Source of the DNA: the human T2T-CHM13v2.0 reference genome, Homo sapiens
Length of the DNA: 64,000 bases
Assembly (NCBI RefSeq): GCF_009914755.1
Contig: NC_060925.1
Direction: 5' to 3' (one strand)
The notes beneath the pieces are model-generated. The model was given only the letters and a program-made list of their open reading frames with translations. It searched no databases and was not told the DNA's origin. Positions 61,681 through 64,000 of the stretch are shown here, piece by piece. Positions within the stretch are counted from its first letter, which is position 1; every line of letters starts with the position of its first letter. The translations under genes were made by a program, and so were the position numbers.

Positions 61681-63714
61681 GCATTCTTCACTTTAATACA
61701 ATAAATATTTATGGAACACCAACTGTGCTAGGCACTTAAGGGAATAAAAAGATGAAAAGAAAAACTCATTTTCGGGTGAGCTGCAATCTAGCTATGGAGC
61801 TGAGAAATGAACACGAACAACTAAGACCCCGGAGTAAGTGCCAGGAGATGTTACAACCAAAGGCTCAAAAAAGATACTAAGATTGCCGAGGAAGGTGGTT
61901 AGTAACTAATTTGGCTGGGGTCATCACGGAAGGTTTTGTGTCCTTTGGTGAAAGCTTTGAAGGACGGTAATAGTTTTCTTTTTGGTTTGGTTAGTATTTA
62001 TTTTTGTTTTTGCCAGGATGGGGAGTAATAGGAGGAAGAATAAAATGCATTCAAGGCAGAGAAAACAGTAGGTACAGGAGGCACGTTAAGGGCCCTGTGG
62101 AAGGTTTTCCTTGCTTTTCCTCCCTTCCTCATTTCCCATTCCATTCAAACCTTCCCCACCTTTGACGTGATGATTGAAATGCCACCACTTCCTTTGGTTG
62201 AAGACTGTTGTTTATTCATACAGGGTGTAGACGCAATAAGGCAAGACAAGGCAGAGAGAGTGTTGGAGCCAGAACTGGAAGTACTAACATGTAGGTGGGT
62301 TTGGTGGATGTTACAAGTGTAAGCAGGCAACAAGTCAAATCTATATAATTAATTCATCTACTAGCTTTTTAATTCAACAGACATGTATTTATTGTCGACT
62401 ATGTGTTTAGCATTGTGTTAGCTCTTAGAAAATGAAATAAAAGTAATAAGTGGTCCTTGTACTTAGTTAAGGAGCTTATAGACTGGTAAAAATAGGCAGA
62501 TCTGCATACAAGGGAGTGACAGCATGCTGTTGGAGGTGTTAGAGGTAAGAGCGACTGATTCACAGCAAGCACCCACTGCTGGGAGGAGGCAGGTTCATGG
62601 ATATCGGAACAAGCAGGCCACAGGCTTTAAATGGGACACAGGAATGGTATCACAAGACAAATGGAGTTCTGCAGTCATGTCACAGGTGGTGTCTTCAGCT
62701 TGCCCGTGTGTGCATAGTCCTGGCCTATAGCTGTGAATTAGGGCATGAAAATGTACCGAGACTCTAGTTAGGACACGTGGTTTTGGAGCCTGACATTTGA
62801 AACTTCATGTTCAATAATATTAATGAGAGACAGAAACTGATTTTCTCTGAGTACAAATTTTACGTAGAAACATGTTAGTTTAGTAATCAGCACTGACCAA
62901 AACTGAATCAACAATCTTAAAACAGTTGGCAAGACTTCTCTCACTTTTCTGGAAATCTATTCTCAGATTTCTTTTGATCTGGAGTACTCCTTGGGAGGCA
63001 CATTGAATGATTTGAACACACAGATAACAAAATACATCACTTCTTCCTTCTAGCTATGCCATGTGTTACATGGTCTCTGGACTTCAGTGAACTGCTGAAC
63101 TTCAGCTAATTGCATTTACCCCGTGTTCATCTCAAAATTCTTAGTAGTCATGGTAGCTCGGGGAAAGTCTGTTTAAAAATGTTTCTTTCCTAAGGCTCTG
63201 TCCAACTTCAATGAAAAATGATCAACTTATATTTCACCAGCTGTGAAAGAAGCTGTGTATGGAAGCTGAAGTTAACAAGCACCATAATTTGAATTTATCT
63301 CAGTGATAGTTTATGCCTTGTTCAAATTTGCCCCAAGGGAGCTGCCCAGCCAGCCCACCTTTTCATCTGGCCTTGCCTAAAAATAATTCCTACCTCTGAT
63401 GAAAGTAGAAACAAAGATTCTAGGGTGGTCTTCCCCTTACCCCCTGCGCAAGGGAAGGGGAGCCCATTGAGGTAGGTGAGTCACTTGAAACCTCAGTGTA
63501 TATGTGGCCAGTACAGGTCCCCCTTCCTTTGGAGTGGCTTTGACAGGCGAAGCTGGAGAAAGCCTGAGCACCTTGGAATTTTCTGGGGAGTGGAGAGGAG
63601 ACAGGATGGAGGGGCCAGTCATACACAGTGTCCCTGCTGGGACAGAAAAGCCAGGGTTTTCATCCCCATCATGCTTTCAGTTGGATGGAGACTAAAGACA
63701 ATAAGAACCTTAGG

Positions 63715-64000
<286 letters not shown>

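Overview
Primate (almost certainly human, since it carries a consensus-perfect AluYa5) non-coding genomic DNA. No protein-coding exon can be supported. The main functional landmark is a CpG island at ~11.15-12.8 kb. It has a minus-strand GC-box/CCAAT promoter and a GC-rich first exon ending at a donor CGG|GTACGC (11758|11757). Positions 1-11757 are therefore intron 1 of a minus-strand gene and ~12.8-64 kb is upstream intergenic sequence. From memory the exon resembles exon 1 of CEMIP2/TMEM2; this is unverified. The rest is interspersed repeats: ~22 Alu/FLAM copies, THE1, MER21, MER67-like and MLT1 LTRs, a Ricksha (MuDR) element, MER1B, MER45A, L1MA, L2, MIR and microsatellites. I could not support a new biological system. 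The most interesting items are traces of local DNA rearrangement: a 207-bp dispersed duplication with a 124-bp perfect tract (42.5/44.3 kb), a 42-bp templated insertion copied ~1.3 kb into an L2, a 68-bp-arm palindrome, a twin-priming 5'-inverted old L1, a probably polymorphic AluYa5 nested in Ricksha, and two unique-sequence minisatellites. Repeat family names come from recalled consensus sequences and need Dfam/RepeatMasker confirmation.
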